Below are positions 1 through 14,850 of a DNA stretch of 64,000 nucleotides, one piece after another. The notes below the pieces were generated by a model. It saw only the letters and a list, made by a program, of their open reading frames with translations, was not told the DNA's origin and ran no database searches. The stretch is from Octopus vulgaris (taxonomy: Eukaryota), in the NCBI GenBank assembly GCA_951406725.2, contig OX597821.1:45198001-45262000 (forward strand), in the 5' to 3' direction. The position numbers and the translations under genes were made by a program. Numbering within the stretch: position 1 is the stretch's first letter; each line of letters starts with the position of its first letter.

Positions 1-86
1 TATAACAGCATCTAATTGTCTGATCGATACTGTGTGACTAGAATATATATATGTATGTGTGTGTGAGCGTTTGTGTGTGTGCGTGC

Positions 87-142
<56 letters not shown>

Positions 143-333
143 CACTTATCACTTTCTTGAGAAAGATGCAGTAATGATCTAATGATGACTGTACACTCTC
201 GTTACTATCACTCATCACTCATATATACGTATAATATACATACATACATACATACATGCGTACGTACGTACGTGTGTACTGGGTGTTCCTGCTTCTCCTG
301 TGACACGTACATTATGCAAAGCAAATCTTTTTT

Positions 334-660
334 TTAAAAACGCATAAACCATCCATTACTAGCCTGAAAATGTAGTGCGTAATAATCTCCGGAGCGTGAT
401 TTTAAAGTCTGAACACAGACTTCTAGCCATTGTTTGCACTGTGAAAAGACGCATGGATGTATTTTTCTGTATTGAATCTTCCATACACATGAATAAAAAT
501 TTCTCCATTTCATGGAGCATTCATAAGTGCAGAACCTTTCACGTGCTATTGTATTCACCTTCTTTCCGTCTTTATGCTGCCGGATAATCTTCCTTTTACA
601 GTCTAAATCAATAGCTTTCCTTGACATCCTAGCTGTCGTATCTGTAGATGAAAGCATTTT
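334..660 (-). mobile_element. pogo/Tigger (CENP-B-type HTH) transposase fragment
   Basis: RKAIDLDCKRKIIRQHKDGKKVNTIAR (HTH) and FQASNGWFMRF motifs; middle is frameshifted. Confidence 0.7.
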
Positions 661-758
661 CTTTTTACCTGTCATTTTAGGGGTATTTGAGATACATTTG
701 TAACAAACCCACATGCTACTGGTGCTTGAAAGCGACTGTGAGACAATGGCAGGAAGAA

Positions 759-990
759 GGCGGCGAGCTGGCAGAATCGTTAGCGCGCTGGGCGAAATGC
801 TTAGCGGTATTTCGTCTACCGTTGCGTTCTGAGTTCAAATTCCGCCGAGGTCGACTTTGCCTTTCATCCTTTCAGGGTCGATAAATTAAGTACCAGTTAC
901 GCACTGGGGCCGATGTAATCGACTTAATACCTATGTCTGTCCTTGTTTGTCCCCTCTATGTTTAGCCCCTTGTGGGTAATAAAGAAATAG
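759..990 (+). mobile_element. tRNA-derived SINE, family A
   Basis: GGCGGCGAGCTGGCAGAA head, GAGTTCAAATTCC B-box-like motif, AATAAAGAAA tail; near-identical copies at 26962, 53060 and 43430 (minus). Confidence 0.85.
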
Positions 991-1165
991 GAAGTGGGTG
1001 CCTAGGTTTGAGAGAGGCCTGCGTTGCCAGATGCTGCCATAGTTATTGTAGGCAGAGCTACGCAACACCCAAATATTGATTATTTTATTTATTTATTAAT
1101 ATATTTTTTGTGGTCATAAGTGCGGATGATCTTAAGACGCATAGGTGGTAAGTCTAGGAGAGAAG

Positions 1166-1233
<68 letters not shown>

Positions 1234-1423
1234 CACAGATGAAATCTAGATATTCTCTGTATAGAAGACATTTAGTAGTGCTCAAAAGATTCAAACTTTA
1301 CAGGGGATCATTCCCACAAAGTAAAGAAATGCTATAAGAGGGATCAAATTGAGTGGGGATAGAAGCAATTATGAAGATAAACAAATTAAACACATAAAAT
1401 GTATTAAATATATTAAATACAAT

Positions 1424-1488
<65 letters not shown>

Positions 1489-1561
1489 CAAATAATGTAG
1501 GATAAACATTTTTATCAATGGTCAGCATATCAAAAAATACCTTTAAAGGTTAAATTTATAA

Positions 1562-1800
1562 ATAACTTACAAAATAAGGGCAAAAGAAGAATTCTAATGC
1601 CAAATATGCCGAAAAATAGACAAAATTGTCAATAACCATTATAATTTATGCGTCTCGAAACAAGCCGATTACGAATTTTTAAAAAATTCGTTATCGGTTT
1701 GTTTCGAGACGCATAAATTATAATGGTTATTGACAATTTTGTCTATTTTTCGGCATATTTGGCATTAGAATTTTTCTTTTGCCCTTATTTTGTAAGTTAT
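1562..1800. repeat. Near-perfect palindrome with arms of about 120 bp and no spacer
   Basis: ATAACTTACAAAATAAGGGC...CGAATTTTT|AAAAAATTCG...GCCCTTATTTTGTAAGTTAT; only a few mismatches. Confidence 0.95.
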
Positions 1801-2091
1801 ATATATATATATATAAATAGATGTGTGTATTTTTCCCTTGTAGAAGTGAAATGTAAGAAGAAAATCAATATTTAAATTATATATAATGGTAGATATCACT
1901 TATATGAACACATGAACTCTTTATACCAGTGTAAAATTACTTCAGGTGCCGATGTCTTTTTATTTCTTCATTTCCTCGAAGAGAAGATTACATTGTTTTA
2001 CACCATTTTATTCCTTTGGAATAATACCAATGATATCTTCGAAACATGTGTTGGAAGTAAAAGAATTTGAATAACACCTGCGTTTAACTCC

Positions 2092-2196
<105 letters not shown>

Positions 2197-4779
2197 TGTA
2201 CATAAATACATGCATACATATACATACATACACATATATGTGCGCACACACGCACGCACAGTCACATACACAAGAACGATGCAATAAATCCTGAAGTGAC
2301 TACAGTCTTAAGGCATAACAAATAATATTGGACTGAACATTTCTTGGTTGGTAAAAAGGCCAAGATTTACCTGCAGAACTCGCAAATACACATCTTTTGT
2401 ACCCATGACAAATAAGCTAACCATTTGCATTAGAGTAACCTTTGGTCTTACAACTGTGACCAACTCTTCCGGATACTTTTGAAAACAATTTGAAACACAG
2501 ATGCCAATGCAAATGGGTTTTTGCCAAGAATATAAAAAAAACCCAATTAAAATGTCGAAAGATAAACTGTTCTTCTACCGCAGGTAATGGGGTGGATTCT
2601 TAAACAGTCGCAAAACCTTTTGTTTGTAAAACTGGACAAAAAATATTTTCCGCTGGGAAATCTAGTTGAAAATTATTACATTAATGATGCCTACTCACAG
2701 AGATTCTTTCTTACCAACATACAACAGTAACAACAACAACGACGACGATGACGACGACGACGATGATAATGATGACAACGATGATGATTTCCTTACAAAA
2801 CCAGAAATTTTGGGTAAAAGAAACATCGATTGTATCTACTCACAGTGTTTGACTGCTTTTAGTCTAAACAATCAGAACTGCTAATGGCCTGAATTCTCTT
2901 GCAAATGCACTCACCCACTCACTCACTACCTGCCTCTCTCTCTCTCTCTCCCTCCCTCCATCTTTCCTTTCTTTTCTCAAGCACACATTCACACAGAGAC
3001 ACAGATACAAACACATGCACTCAAATTCTGTCTGTATTTCATTAAACCGACCAAAAATTATTGCACATTAATGTTGTTTCCAGTAAATACTTTTTTAGTG
3101 AAAATATTTTCAAAAACATCAAACGAGAGAATGTTATAATTTTAATGTATATATTATGAATGTTCAAACAATTTAAATTTAGGGTTAGTTACGCTTTTGG
3201 CCCGGGCTATTGTATTTTTTACAATGTGGTTGCTATAAAAAGTTGAGAGCCGTTTGGTGTGAAGAAAGGATTTCTCCGGAGTAGAGATTTCTTTTTGTTT
3301 TAGCTCAGTTTTAGAATTTAGGATAATATGATGTCTCTTTGGACTTGTATCATATTTTTACTGCACTTTAGAATGTTGTATATCTCACTCAACCTGTAAC
3401 TTACTCTCATAACATATTAAGATATTGTATAATATCTCACAGCGATATCATACATCTTGCGCTTATCAAATATTACATCATAATATTACATCACTCTGAG
3501 TCAGTATCTTGTTCATGCAGTACATTAAAATATTGTGACTCAGAGTCAGTATCATACAGTAACAATAGGATATCAAACTTCTACAAGAACGTGTAATTAG
3601 TGTATTGAAAATTTAGAACCGTAGAGTAGGAGGACATATCTCAGCAAGACAGGTCCAAGTCTCGGTTTTAGTTATATCCCTCCATCTCTGTTGCTAACGC
3701 ATGAATATTGCTGGTTTTAATTTCCATTTCCCATAAATGAGTGATTTCACATCATAATTGTCAGCCTATGGTACTCTAGTGATTAGTGACTTCTTAGGTA
3801 CGAACAATAGTATTTTGGGGGAGAGAACAAACGATTATATCGACATCTGTACTTGACTGGTACTTTATTTTATCACATTTGGTCATCAGATAAAAGGTAA
3901 AGCTGATCTTGGCAAACTTGAATTCAGAATATAAAAGGACGCTACTACCAATCTGCCCACTGTAATAATTAATGCCAGGTCGTCATCTTTGTACCATTAT
4001 GAAAATAAATTATTTAGCTCAATTTTGTTTGCATTTTCACTACTTTGTCTTGGTATCTTGGGAAGGGAAGGCGAATAATTGCTGATTAGTTCTTAACGAT
4101 TGAATCTGTCAGGTCAGTTTTTATCCCAAACTAAAAAAAAATTCCCCTGGACCTTTTACTGTGAGACAAAATCATACAGATATAACTCTGTACATATAAT
4201 TATTCAAAAATAGGCTTATTTCTGTCCCCACCATCCCTTAACTTTACAAAAATTAGTCCAACTTCCATTAGAATGTCTGACATATATTTAAAAGCAAATT
4301 ACATTGCCCTGTCGAGAGATAGTGAAATATATACGAGATATATCAACTGAAGACCTGTGTTGCTAATTCAGAACTTTATCTACTGGACAGTTCCGATCTC
4401 ACAGAAGAATGACAATTACATTTTAATAAAAATTGGTTGTTGTTGTAATTGTTTAACTTTAATTAGAGCAGACATGATGGGGGGGGGGGTTGTTTCGGCT
4501 CTAACAATTACATCTGTTTTTGAGGAAAAGCATGTTAAAGATCATGTTATTCAATGTGTTCTTTTTTTTTATTACAGCATGTAGAAGAAACAGTTGGATT
4601 CGTTCCTCCCGGGGCCTTTTCGAGTCACAACTGACCAAGTCAATGGTCCGATTAGCTACCAAGGTACATATGGCATTATTGACACTGGGCATTGTCTTAG
4701 AATATAATTGACTTAGAATATAGTTTGATGAAAGTAGCATTAAACAAGTGGTAAGTACAAACATGTTCACAAAAGGGAT

Positions 4780-5310
4780 TAAATTATTTTGTGTGGGGGA
4801 AAGGAAGCCTGTTATCTCGGGTAGAAATCCTCTTCAGAGACAGTCTAGTCTCTGCCTACTGTAAACAGGTCCAACAAGCCAGAATAACTATAGTGGGGCC
4901 TCTGCAAACTTGCAGGTTTTTTATTAACTTAAAATGCAGAATTCAGTTTATAACTACTAGCCTGGATAGTAAGACATTTACCAGACTAACGTGCCGTTCA
5001 TTGATCCAACCAATTCAAAAGCATTTGTGGCTGCCCCTTTTACAACGACAAGTTCCGATTGGTTACTGGCCTCACTGGACACCCTATTCGTAGGGTTCAT
5101 GTTGACCAAACAATTTTTTTAAAATCGCATGCAGAGAAGGAAAGGCAGCGCCTTTACTCTTCTCAGGTTCTTCAAGACTCGTGGGAGTAAAAGAGGGAAC
5201 TGTTTCAACTAGGAAGGCTGGTCAAAACCCTTGAAACACGTTGAGTCTCACTAAAGACATCCATGATCTAGATGTTGGTGTTAAACAGGGCGACGTATAA
5301 AGTCCCTTGC
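4780..5310 (+). mobile_element. Highly decayed non-LTR RT fragment
   Basis: SLDSKTF (LDxxKAF-like) and DVGVKQGDV*SP remnants. Confidence 0.45.
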
Positions 5311-5827
5311 AGAAAAATAAATGCTCCCTCTATCGGACTCCTACAGTTTCCGTCATTATATTTTACCCATAAAGCTTTGGTCAATCTCAGGCTTCTTTTG
5401 AAGAAAACATACATGAGTTGTTGCTCAGTGGATTAACATTAAATACCAAAAGCCATACAACTATGCCTGCACCCACTAGTAATAAAAATCTATATGAAAG
5501 GCAACACTATTGATTATATTTATTAGTATTTTACATAAAGTATTTCACTGACACATCATCGGGTAACTAAGGAGGCCATTTCCATCTAGTGTTGGTAATA
5601 GTAGTCATGTGTGTTAAACAGACAATTTTCAATATTAATCTGGTCAAACTAGACTGATATGACCATTACAACTATAACATAAATATATTCCAACTAGTCA
5701 GACTGGTTAACAATCACTGCTCCATATGCAATAAGGCTTCCTCCACCTCTGTTTCTGATAAAAGATTCATTTTAGTGTTAAATTACTGATCTTTTCTCTC
5801 TCGTTCGTATATATATTATTATTGTTA

Positions 5828-5951
<124 letters not shown>

Positions 5952-6327
5952 TAACAATAACAATAATAATAATAATGATATCGTTATTGCAACTGCAATT
6001 GTACTTTTGTTACCTGTCGTTTTCATTGTTCTTTTCCTTTCTTTTTTTTTTCCTTTTCTGTCCAAGGTGACTCTGCTCGAGGGTGCTGTACTCTCCTTCT
6101 TTGACTAAGTCACCAATAAATTATTATCTTTCCTGTCTCCACTTTTTTCTTCTTTACTCTATTTTTCATTTTTCCTCTTTCTCTCATTTCTCTACAATTC
6201 CTCTTATTCACCAGTTTTTCGAAAACTTTGCTACTCTTTTCTCTCTATCACATTTTACACCTCTCTCTCTCTCTTCTCTGTCTCTCCATCTGACTCTCTG
6301 TTTTTCCCTTTTCTTTCTTTCTTTAAT

Positions 6328-6385
<58 letters not shown>

Positions 6386-6533
6386 CTTTCTATATTCATT
6401 CCCTATTTTTAGTCTTTCCCTATCGCTCCCTTACTTTTCACTTTGAGACTATTTTTCGTTCCCACTGTCTGCCTGCCTGTCTGCCTGTCTGCCTGCTTAC
6501 CTGCTTGAATATCTGTCTGTCTGTCTGACTGTT

Positions 6534-6567
<34 letters not shown>

Positions 6568-6570
6568 TCC

Positions 6571-6647
<77 letters not shown>

Positions 6648-7142
6648 GCTTTCTATCTATCTATCCATCAGTCTGTCTATTTGCCTGCCTCCTGTCTGCC
6701 TGCCTGCCTGTCTGCCTGCCTGTCTGTCTGTCTGCTGTCTTTCTCTCAATTTTTCCTCATGTTTCTGATTCTCTCCGTTTGCCCTGTTGTTCAATCACCA
6801 AATCTATCTAAAAACAATCACCCGCACAACTTAGATGTGAGACAACAGAAGGAGCAACGCAGCACATTCATTAGATACGACGTGATGTGAGATATTAATT
6901 GCCAAAGAAAAGAGAGAAAAGGCGTTTATATTTTCGCAGATGATCAGATTTGCCGCGAAATGGTGCATTAATACATCGCACGTACACATGCACATACAAC
7001 CGGAATGATTTGACTATGTCTATGTCTTAAGGCAATTTCGCGCGGCACCACTCCACACGCACCATGCCCCCTCTATAACCATATGTATAGTTGTGTGGGA
7101 GCTTCTCTTTATAAGACTATATTTGATTATACTCGAGTGTGT

Positions 7143-7181
<39 letters not shown>

Positions 7182-7186
7182 CATGC

Positions 7187-7310
<124 letters not shown>

Positions 7311-7350
7311 GTATGTGTGCGTGTATATATCTGTGTATGTGTGTGTAAGT

Positions 7351-7400
<50 letters not shown>

Positions 7401-7838
7401 TTATACATATATATGCTTGTTTTACCAAGCATATACACATACTCGTAAACATACAGATACAATTAGATATTTGCATTTAGATAGACATGAAAAAAGTTAG
7501 ATACAATAAACATTCATAATTGTATTTATATGGCAACAATATTTAATGTTATGCTGATTTATGCAAATAAGCCACCGACGAGTATCAGATGATGTCATTG
7601 CTCAACGTCAGTAATGTTCAAATCCTCCTCCTCCTCCTCCCCCTCCCCTCCTCCTCCCCTCCCCTCCTCCTCCTCCCCTCCCCCTCCTCCTCCTTCCTAC
7701 TTTCTGTTTATTTCTCTTATGTTCCCCTAGTTTTATCCTCTCCCTCTGCCGCTATGTCGTTAAATTTCTATTTTTAACATACCCATGCTCTATTATTTTT
7801 TTTGCGTGTGTCTATGAGTGTGTGTGTGTGTGTGTGTC

Positions 7839-7879
<41 letters not shown>

Positions 7880-8197
7880 GCGTGTGTGTGTGTGTGTCAG
7901 TGTGTTTGTGTGTGTGTGCGCGCGCATGTGTGCAAGTTGTTTTTCTTTCCTACTTTTCTTGTATTTCTAAAACTCTTTCTCTAATTTCATCCTTTCCGTT
8001 TCTTCTCTTCTCTTTCTTTCTTCCAATCTTTGTTTCTTACCTTTCCTTTTATTTTCTTCTCATTCCAACATAAACCACTAACAATGGTTTAAGAAATACT
8101 CTCAGTAATAGAAAAAAAGAAGAAGTTAAAATCGAGTTTTCAATAACATACAAGAACACAACACGAAATATATGCATATTATGCACACACACACACC

Positions 8198-8293
<96 letters not shown>

Positions 8294-8689
8294 AATCTAT
8301 TTATCGATCTATCTACCTTATATAGACACACACACACATACACACACATAATATATGCATATGTATGTACACAAACACTACAAAAATATATACATTATAT
8401 AGATATACGCACACACACACACATATTGTATGTATTGCTTAAATCTGAGTGAATATAAACAGTGACTACTAACATACTATACCAATTACTTTCACTTTAT
8501 AAGTGAACCCGTTATCAAGCAAAATATTCTATACCTCACATCATGTATAATATTCTATACCCATGTCCTATGCAATAATCTGCACATTAGTGTGTGTATT
8601 TAGATGTATCAACTATCTAAAATCTGCTTTTTGCATATTTCATGCAAAATTGTTGATTCCTGTAGTTAATAAAAGAACATTATGACACT

Positions 8690-9480
8690 TAGATGCCGGC
8701 GGTGATTTGACACTTAGACAGCAGTGATTTGTTCATCTCAAGCTAGCTGTGATTTGTTGACCCTTAATGAGCAGTGATTTCTTGATCCTTAGATAGCAAT
8801 TACACGTTAAGCCTTAGCTGTGATTTGTTGACCTTTAGACTGCAGTGATATTTCAATTGTTTGATAACAGATTTATTGACGACCCTTAGACAACAGGAAT
8901 CTTGGACCTTAGATAGCAGTATTTTATTAACCTTTAGCTACCAGTGGACTCTTGACTCTTAAATAGCTGTATTGTTGACTCTTGGATAGCAGTGGTTTGT
9001 TGACCTTTAGGCATTTGCTGACCCTTGACAGCATTTATATGTTGAACCTTAGATAACAGTAATTTGTCGAGCCTTAGAAATTATTTGCTGACCCTTAAAG
9101 AGCAGTGTTTTCTTGACCCTTAAATAACTACGATTAGTTGACATTTAGATCGCAATGATTCATTAATTCTTTAATGGAAGTGATTGATTAGTTGACTCTG
9201 AAATAGCAGGAATTTGTTGAATTTTAGATAGCAATGATCTGTTAATCCTTAGTTAATGATTTGTCGACCCTAAATATTAGGGATTTGTTGACCATCTAAT
9301 CGTGAACTCTGATAGCAGTAATTTGTTGGCCATTAGAAAATTTTTTGACTCTTAGAGATAGCAGTGGAGTTTTGATAGCAATACTTATAGATAGCAATGA
9401 TTTGTTGATCCTTAGATATCAGTGATTACTTGTCCATTAGCTGTGATTTATTGATTCTTTGATAGCAACAATTTCTTGAC
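8690..9480. repeat. Degenerate minisatellite, unit about 25 bp (GATTTGTTGACCCTTAGATAGCAGT)
   Basis: About 30 diverged copies visible. Confidence 0.85.
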
Positions 9481-10033
9481 TTTATATTCTCCGACAAATA
9501 CCATCTGTCTCAACCAGCCACAACCATAAACGCAATAAGTCATCAATGCTTTTTGCCATAACACGCTAGAACTTCATGTAAATACATCTTTGAAAGACAA
9601 ATTAGTGTGGTATTCGTCCAAAGATAATATCTCTTATGGACGTGCAGTGTTTAAAAGCACAATATAGATCGAGGGGAGACAAACATCATACATTACGTAT
9701 GATACATAGACGGCTATGTATTTCATACGGCTTCTACTGCAAACAACGGATATTTATTTAACCGGACTGCTATTCACAATACCAGTGAATGTTCGATCAA
9801 TGTTTCCTATATATCGGAGGCGACAAATCTTGTCTAAGCAACGAAGTCGAAATACGTCTGACGTTCTCGCTATCAACTTCTGGGATGATTTTCGTTTTCC
9901 TCAGACATATATTGCTTTTAAACGCAGCACCTCTATAAGAGATGTCATCTACGCTAGACTACTGCAGCAAATGTTCCTTTCAGTTATGCATTTTCCTTAG
10001 GTATAATACATAGCTGGCTATTTTAATGTAATA

Positions 10034-12283
10034 CTACTTCGATCTCCTTAAATCCTTAAAGCTGCGGCCATGCTGGGGCACCACAGTTGAATGTGCCTCT
10101 GATACGTGGCACTTGATCAACAAAGAAGTTCGACAACGCTGCCCGCATCTGTATTTCCTACTGAGAGGTAGGTTCATATGGAACCCCTGACAAGAAGAGA
10201 TCCAGTTTAATTTTAAAGAAACCCACATCCACACCATGCAGGTCTCTCAAGCATTTAGGAAGGATACTGAAGAGCTGTGGTCCCCTGAAACCCAAGCTGT
10301 TGCAGTATCTGGTCCTGTATTTTGATGGAGATGTTGGGATCTTTGGCACCATGCAGTGACGCCCTTTTCTGCTGTTGGGGTAACTTTCAATACCAAAATT
10401 CGAGACAAGGCCCTCCAGGATCTTCCAGATGTATATCACTGCATGTCTCTCCCGCCTTCGCTCCAGGTAGAAGAGTTTTAATACTTTCATTCTTTCCCAG
10501 TAGCTGATATGTTGCATTGAGATGATCTTAGTGTAGCTTCGTTGGATTGCTTCGAGTTCTGCTGTTAAATGTATATTGTGTGGTGACCATAGTTGGGAGC
10601 AGTAGTCCAAGCGACTGACGACGAATGTCTTCCAAAGGACCATCAGTGTCTCCTTCTCTCTTGTTCTGAAAGTTCAGAGGATCCATCCAGCTAGCCGTCT
10701 GCATTTTATTACCAATTTGGCAATATGCACTTGGAAAGATGCATCATTGCTCATGTTAATGCCCATGTCACACACTGATTTTGACTCAGGAATTGCAATT
10801 CCTCCCGGGCCAGTGTATCCAGTCTGCATGTCGTTTACCTTTGTGTGCCGGTAGCGCAGGGCTTGGAACTTCCCTGCATTAAACTGCATGTTGTTGTCCT
10901 CAGCCCACCTGTATAATTGTACCCAACTCCCGTTGCAGATGTGCAATATTTCCAGGGTTTTGCATTGTCTGAGAGACTTTTGTGTCATCTGCATATCTAG
11001 CAAGAGTGGCCATCTTAGCAACTGAGGGCATGTCTGAAAGGGCCGCTATGAACAGCAGTGGCCCCAAGACAATGCCTTGTGGAACACCACTTGTTATTTG
11101 TGTTTCCTTTGACGTGGCTCCATTAGCCACCACTTCCTGCCTTCTACCTTTTAAGAAGTTGTGCAGCCACTCTCCAAGTTTTCCGCCTATGCCAAGATCA
11201 CGCAGTTTGTGACAGATCATACCATGGTCGACTTTATCAAAGGCTTTGGCAAAGTCGAGATATATCGCATCCACACTTGAGCCACTTAGTAGCTGTTTTA
11301 ACACCCAGTCATAGTGTTGCAGGAGTTGTGTTAGACGGCTTCTACCTGGTCGAAATCCATGCTGGGTGTCAGTCAGCAAGTCATTTTCTTCAAGGAACAT
11401 GATTAGTTTCTTGCGGACTATTCGTTCTATGACTTTGTTGATGTGTGAGGTCAGAGAGATAGGCCTATAATTTTTAGCATCTGCTCTGCTTCCTCCCTTA
11501 TGGATAGGGCATATTATGCCTTCTTTTAATTTCACTGGGAGCTTACCACTTGCAAGAAAGCTCTGAAAAAGAAACTGTAGCGGTTTTGCAAGGGCTCGTT
11601 TGCACGATTTGAGAATGATCGCTGGAAATCCATCAGGTCCAGCAGCTGAGTTTGTGTCAATCTTATCTATGGCCAGTCTAGCATCATGATCTTTAATGTT
11701 GATGTACTTAATTTTTGCCTATTTGGCTACAGGTAAAGTGGCAAAGAATTCTTCTGGTTTGTTTACTTGCCTGTGTCCAAGAGGTGTAGTGAACACACTG
11801 TGGAACAGTTCGTTCAGTATTTCACTTATCCTCATGGGATTTCCTGTGAGGGAACCATCTTTTTGGAAGAGAGGTCCTATCCTCTGGTGCACTGTGGCCG
11901 TCTCTTTGGCAAACTTAAAGAAGGCTTTAGGGATTGACTTGATATTTTCTATTACCCAAGCTTCTTTATCTGCTCTCTCCTCTTCATGAGACTGATGCAG
12001 ACATTTTTCAGTTTTCATTAGCATTCTCTCGAGGTGAGACTTCTCACCACTTTTAGTGTGCTTGCTCAGGCGGTTCGCAATCCTTGTCCGTTTTTGTGTG
12101 TGCCGGCCTTGCACACTGGGACATATTTATCATATATGGCTTGTATCATGGGCATGAAAAGTTTGTGTTTCATGTCAATGTCTAGTGTTGAAAGACATTT
12201 AGGCCAATCCTATTTGAGGATCTCTTTCTCAATCAGCATCCAATTTGCTTTATGGCAGTTTAGTTTGGAGAGATTGTCCTCTC
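10034..12283 (-). mobile_element. 5'-truncated LINE (CR1/L2-group) ORF2 reverse transcriptase, frameshifted
   Basis: NYRPISLTS, QHGFRPGRS, YLDFAKAFDKVDH, GVPQGIVLGP, YADD, SRLDYCSQLWSP, LERRR motifs across four broken ORFs; 5' end abuts (TA)n. Confidence 0.93.
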
Positions 12284-12334
<51 letters not shown>

Positions 12335-12442
12335 ATAAGGATAAAAATCACGTTAATGATTTTTATCAAGTAGTCAGTATGCTATAAAAAGTTATAGGTA
12401 ATTAATACATTAGATTAATAATAATGTACATATGTACATAAT

Positions 12443-12628
12443 TATATCAAGGAAGATCGGGCGAAAACTACCTTTCTCCAGCATGCTTGAAGTGCCGATA
12501 CTTTCAAAATTTTCTCTCACTATTTTGATTTCAGCCATGTGTATATTTTAGCTGGAGCTTTTGGCAGTTTTTTAAGGTATCGGCACTTCAAGCATGCCGG
12601 AGAAAGGTCGTTTTCACCCGATCTCCCT

Positions 12629-12636
<8 letters not shown>
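12443..12636. mobile_element. MITE-like fold-back element with about 60-bp terminal inverted repeats
   Basis: TATCAAGGAAGATCGGGCGAAAA...GCATGCTTGAAGTGCCGATAC versus GTATCGGCACTTCAAGCATGC...TTTTCACCCGATCTCCCTTGATA; TA flanks. Confidence 0.75.
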
Positions 12637-12687
<51 letters not shown>

Positions 12688-13379
12688 CATGCCTCTGTGT
12701 GTGTGTGTGCGTGTGTGTGCGAGTGTGTGTGAGAGATTGTGTGTGTTTATATATCTCATTAAAGACATTATAAGTAATGCATTTTTCAGTGACGAGTGGT
12801 ATAGTAACATCTTACACAAACAGCTGATTTTGTGGCAGGTCAGGATAATATCGATCAACGTGTTAAACAAAAGAACAGAAACCTTTGCAATTGATACGAT
12901 CTGTCAATGTGTTGCGCTGTTGAATATTAATGTTTCTAATAACAGGAGTTATTTCAGTGTCCAGTTGATCAGGGAAAATGATTCAACTAGTTTTTAGAAT
13001 AATATAAACACGAGACTTTGCCTCATTAGTCTTTAGACATTTACTTTAGTAAGACTATAAAAGAGTCCAGTCAGGTTTTCATTATTACTAGTGCAATCAT
13101 TTACGAAAGAAGAAAACTGATATGAGTACCAACTTATTGAAAAGACCTGAAAAATGATTAGGGAGTCCCTGGAGACAAATGTTTGAAGTTTTGACACATA
13201 GATATAAGAGATAAATACATAGATAGATTGATAGATAGATAAATAAATAGATAAATAAATGGATAGATAAATAGGTAGATAGATAGATAGATATATACAT
13301 ACATACATCCATACATACCTAGCAACTACCAGAAGGCTTTTGGTAGTATACCACATGGCTGGATTACCATGGCTTTACA

Positions 13380-14850
13380 GTTAGTTAAAGTCCTACCTGA
13401 TCAAGACTTGGTTCACCACTTTGTTCCTTAGGAGTGATGAGGAGCAAATTAAGCCAGTATTCCCTGCCAGAAAGGAATCATTTTTGGTGTTGCTGTTTGT
13501 CCTCTCATTAAATCCACTGTCATACCTACGCACGAAATATAGTGGTTATAGAAATGGTTCCAGAAGCATGTCCCATCTTTTCTTTGCCGATAACTTGAAT
13601 CTGTACAAGCCAAATAGCACCCACATTAAAAAAAAACAAACAATTGGACCTCATTACCCAATTTTCTACAGAAATTGGAATGGAATTTGATGAGTTCAAA
13701 TGTGCCTTTTTGACAATAAAAGCTGCTCAGCGTTACAGGAAACTTCAACATCAATAGACAAGCTACACTTCTCACGCAAAGATGGTGTCTGTGGTCTAAA
13801 ATCTGGTCTAAAATCTGGTCTAAAATCTGCATTGATATTATATGAAACACGTACTGAAACACTGACACAACTTCAGCAGAGGAAAGAGACATTGCCCAAG
13901 TTTGTGACCATAAAAACAATAACATAATTAGTTAAGTTAATGAACTTGAAGAGAGGTATGAAATAAGAGCTGATATATATTTCTTCTCAAGGAGCATTGG
14001 TAAAATCTATTTATCAGGAGAAAAAAAAGCAAAAAAAAAAACAAAAAACAAAAACGGACTACTTCACCGAGAAGATAGTACATGGGTACTTGACACGAAA
14101 AACAAACTATAAAAAGAATTTATCATGTATGAACATGGTATGAAGTACCGATAAGTTTATGACATCCCACTTCGAAGGCTACCTCCATGCAATTCAAGCA
14201 CAAGAGATCCCCACCAAGTACCTACAGCGTAAAAGGTAGAAAATATTGGTTGACAACAAATGTAGGTAATACAAGAACAAAAACTGAAAGCATCAACCGC
14301 GTTATGGTCAACTGCAAGCGGATGACATCCAGATATTATCTTCTCGTGAGGCCTGATCGGTGACCAGAACTGTGGAAGAGGATAACAAAAAATCCACAAA
14401 AACAGAACAAAACAAAAAATACCAGCAAAGTTGACTATATTGAGACCTATGGTCAAAAGAATATAGGTGGAACTTAACAATTAAAACAGCCACTAAGTTA
14501 AACATAACCGACCAGATGTTGTTGTGTGAGGTCACAAGGAAAAGATATGTTCTGTTGTGGAAATCAGCTGCTTTCTGGACACCAATGTGGTTCGAAAATT
14601 ACAAGAGAAAGAAGACATCTATGGACCATCGATAAGGAGTTTGCAAATACAGAATCCAAGATGCATTTTCAGCTTCATACCTAATATTATTTGAGCAACA
14701 GGATACACACCAACCTGTCTGAAGCAAATTATAGCTAAACTTGGATTCTTGGGGAGAGAACACAAATCTTTAATTCAAACACGACAAATGATCACGATAT
14801 CTGGGACATAAAAATCTCCAAGACCTTCCTAAGATTTAAAAGAGTAAAAC
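13380..14850 (+). mobile_element. Decayed R4/Dong-type REL LINE (RT plus REL endonuclease remnants)
   Basis: SHLFFADNL, AIQAQEIPTKYL, KHNRPD and VEISC motifs in broken frames. Confidence 0.7.

Noticed and set aside
8690-9480. CRISPR-like periodicity in the minisatellites
   Set aside because: Degenerate head-to-tail units with no unique spacers, no cas genes, and a eukaryotic context.
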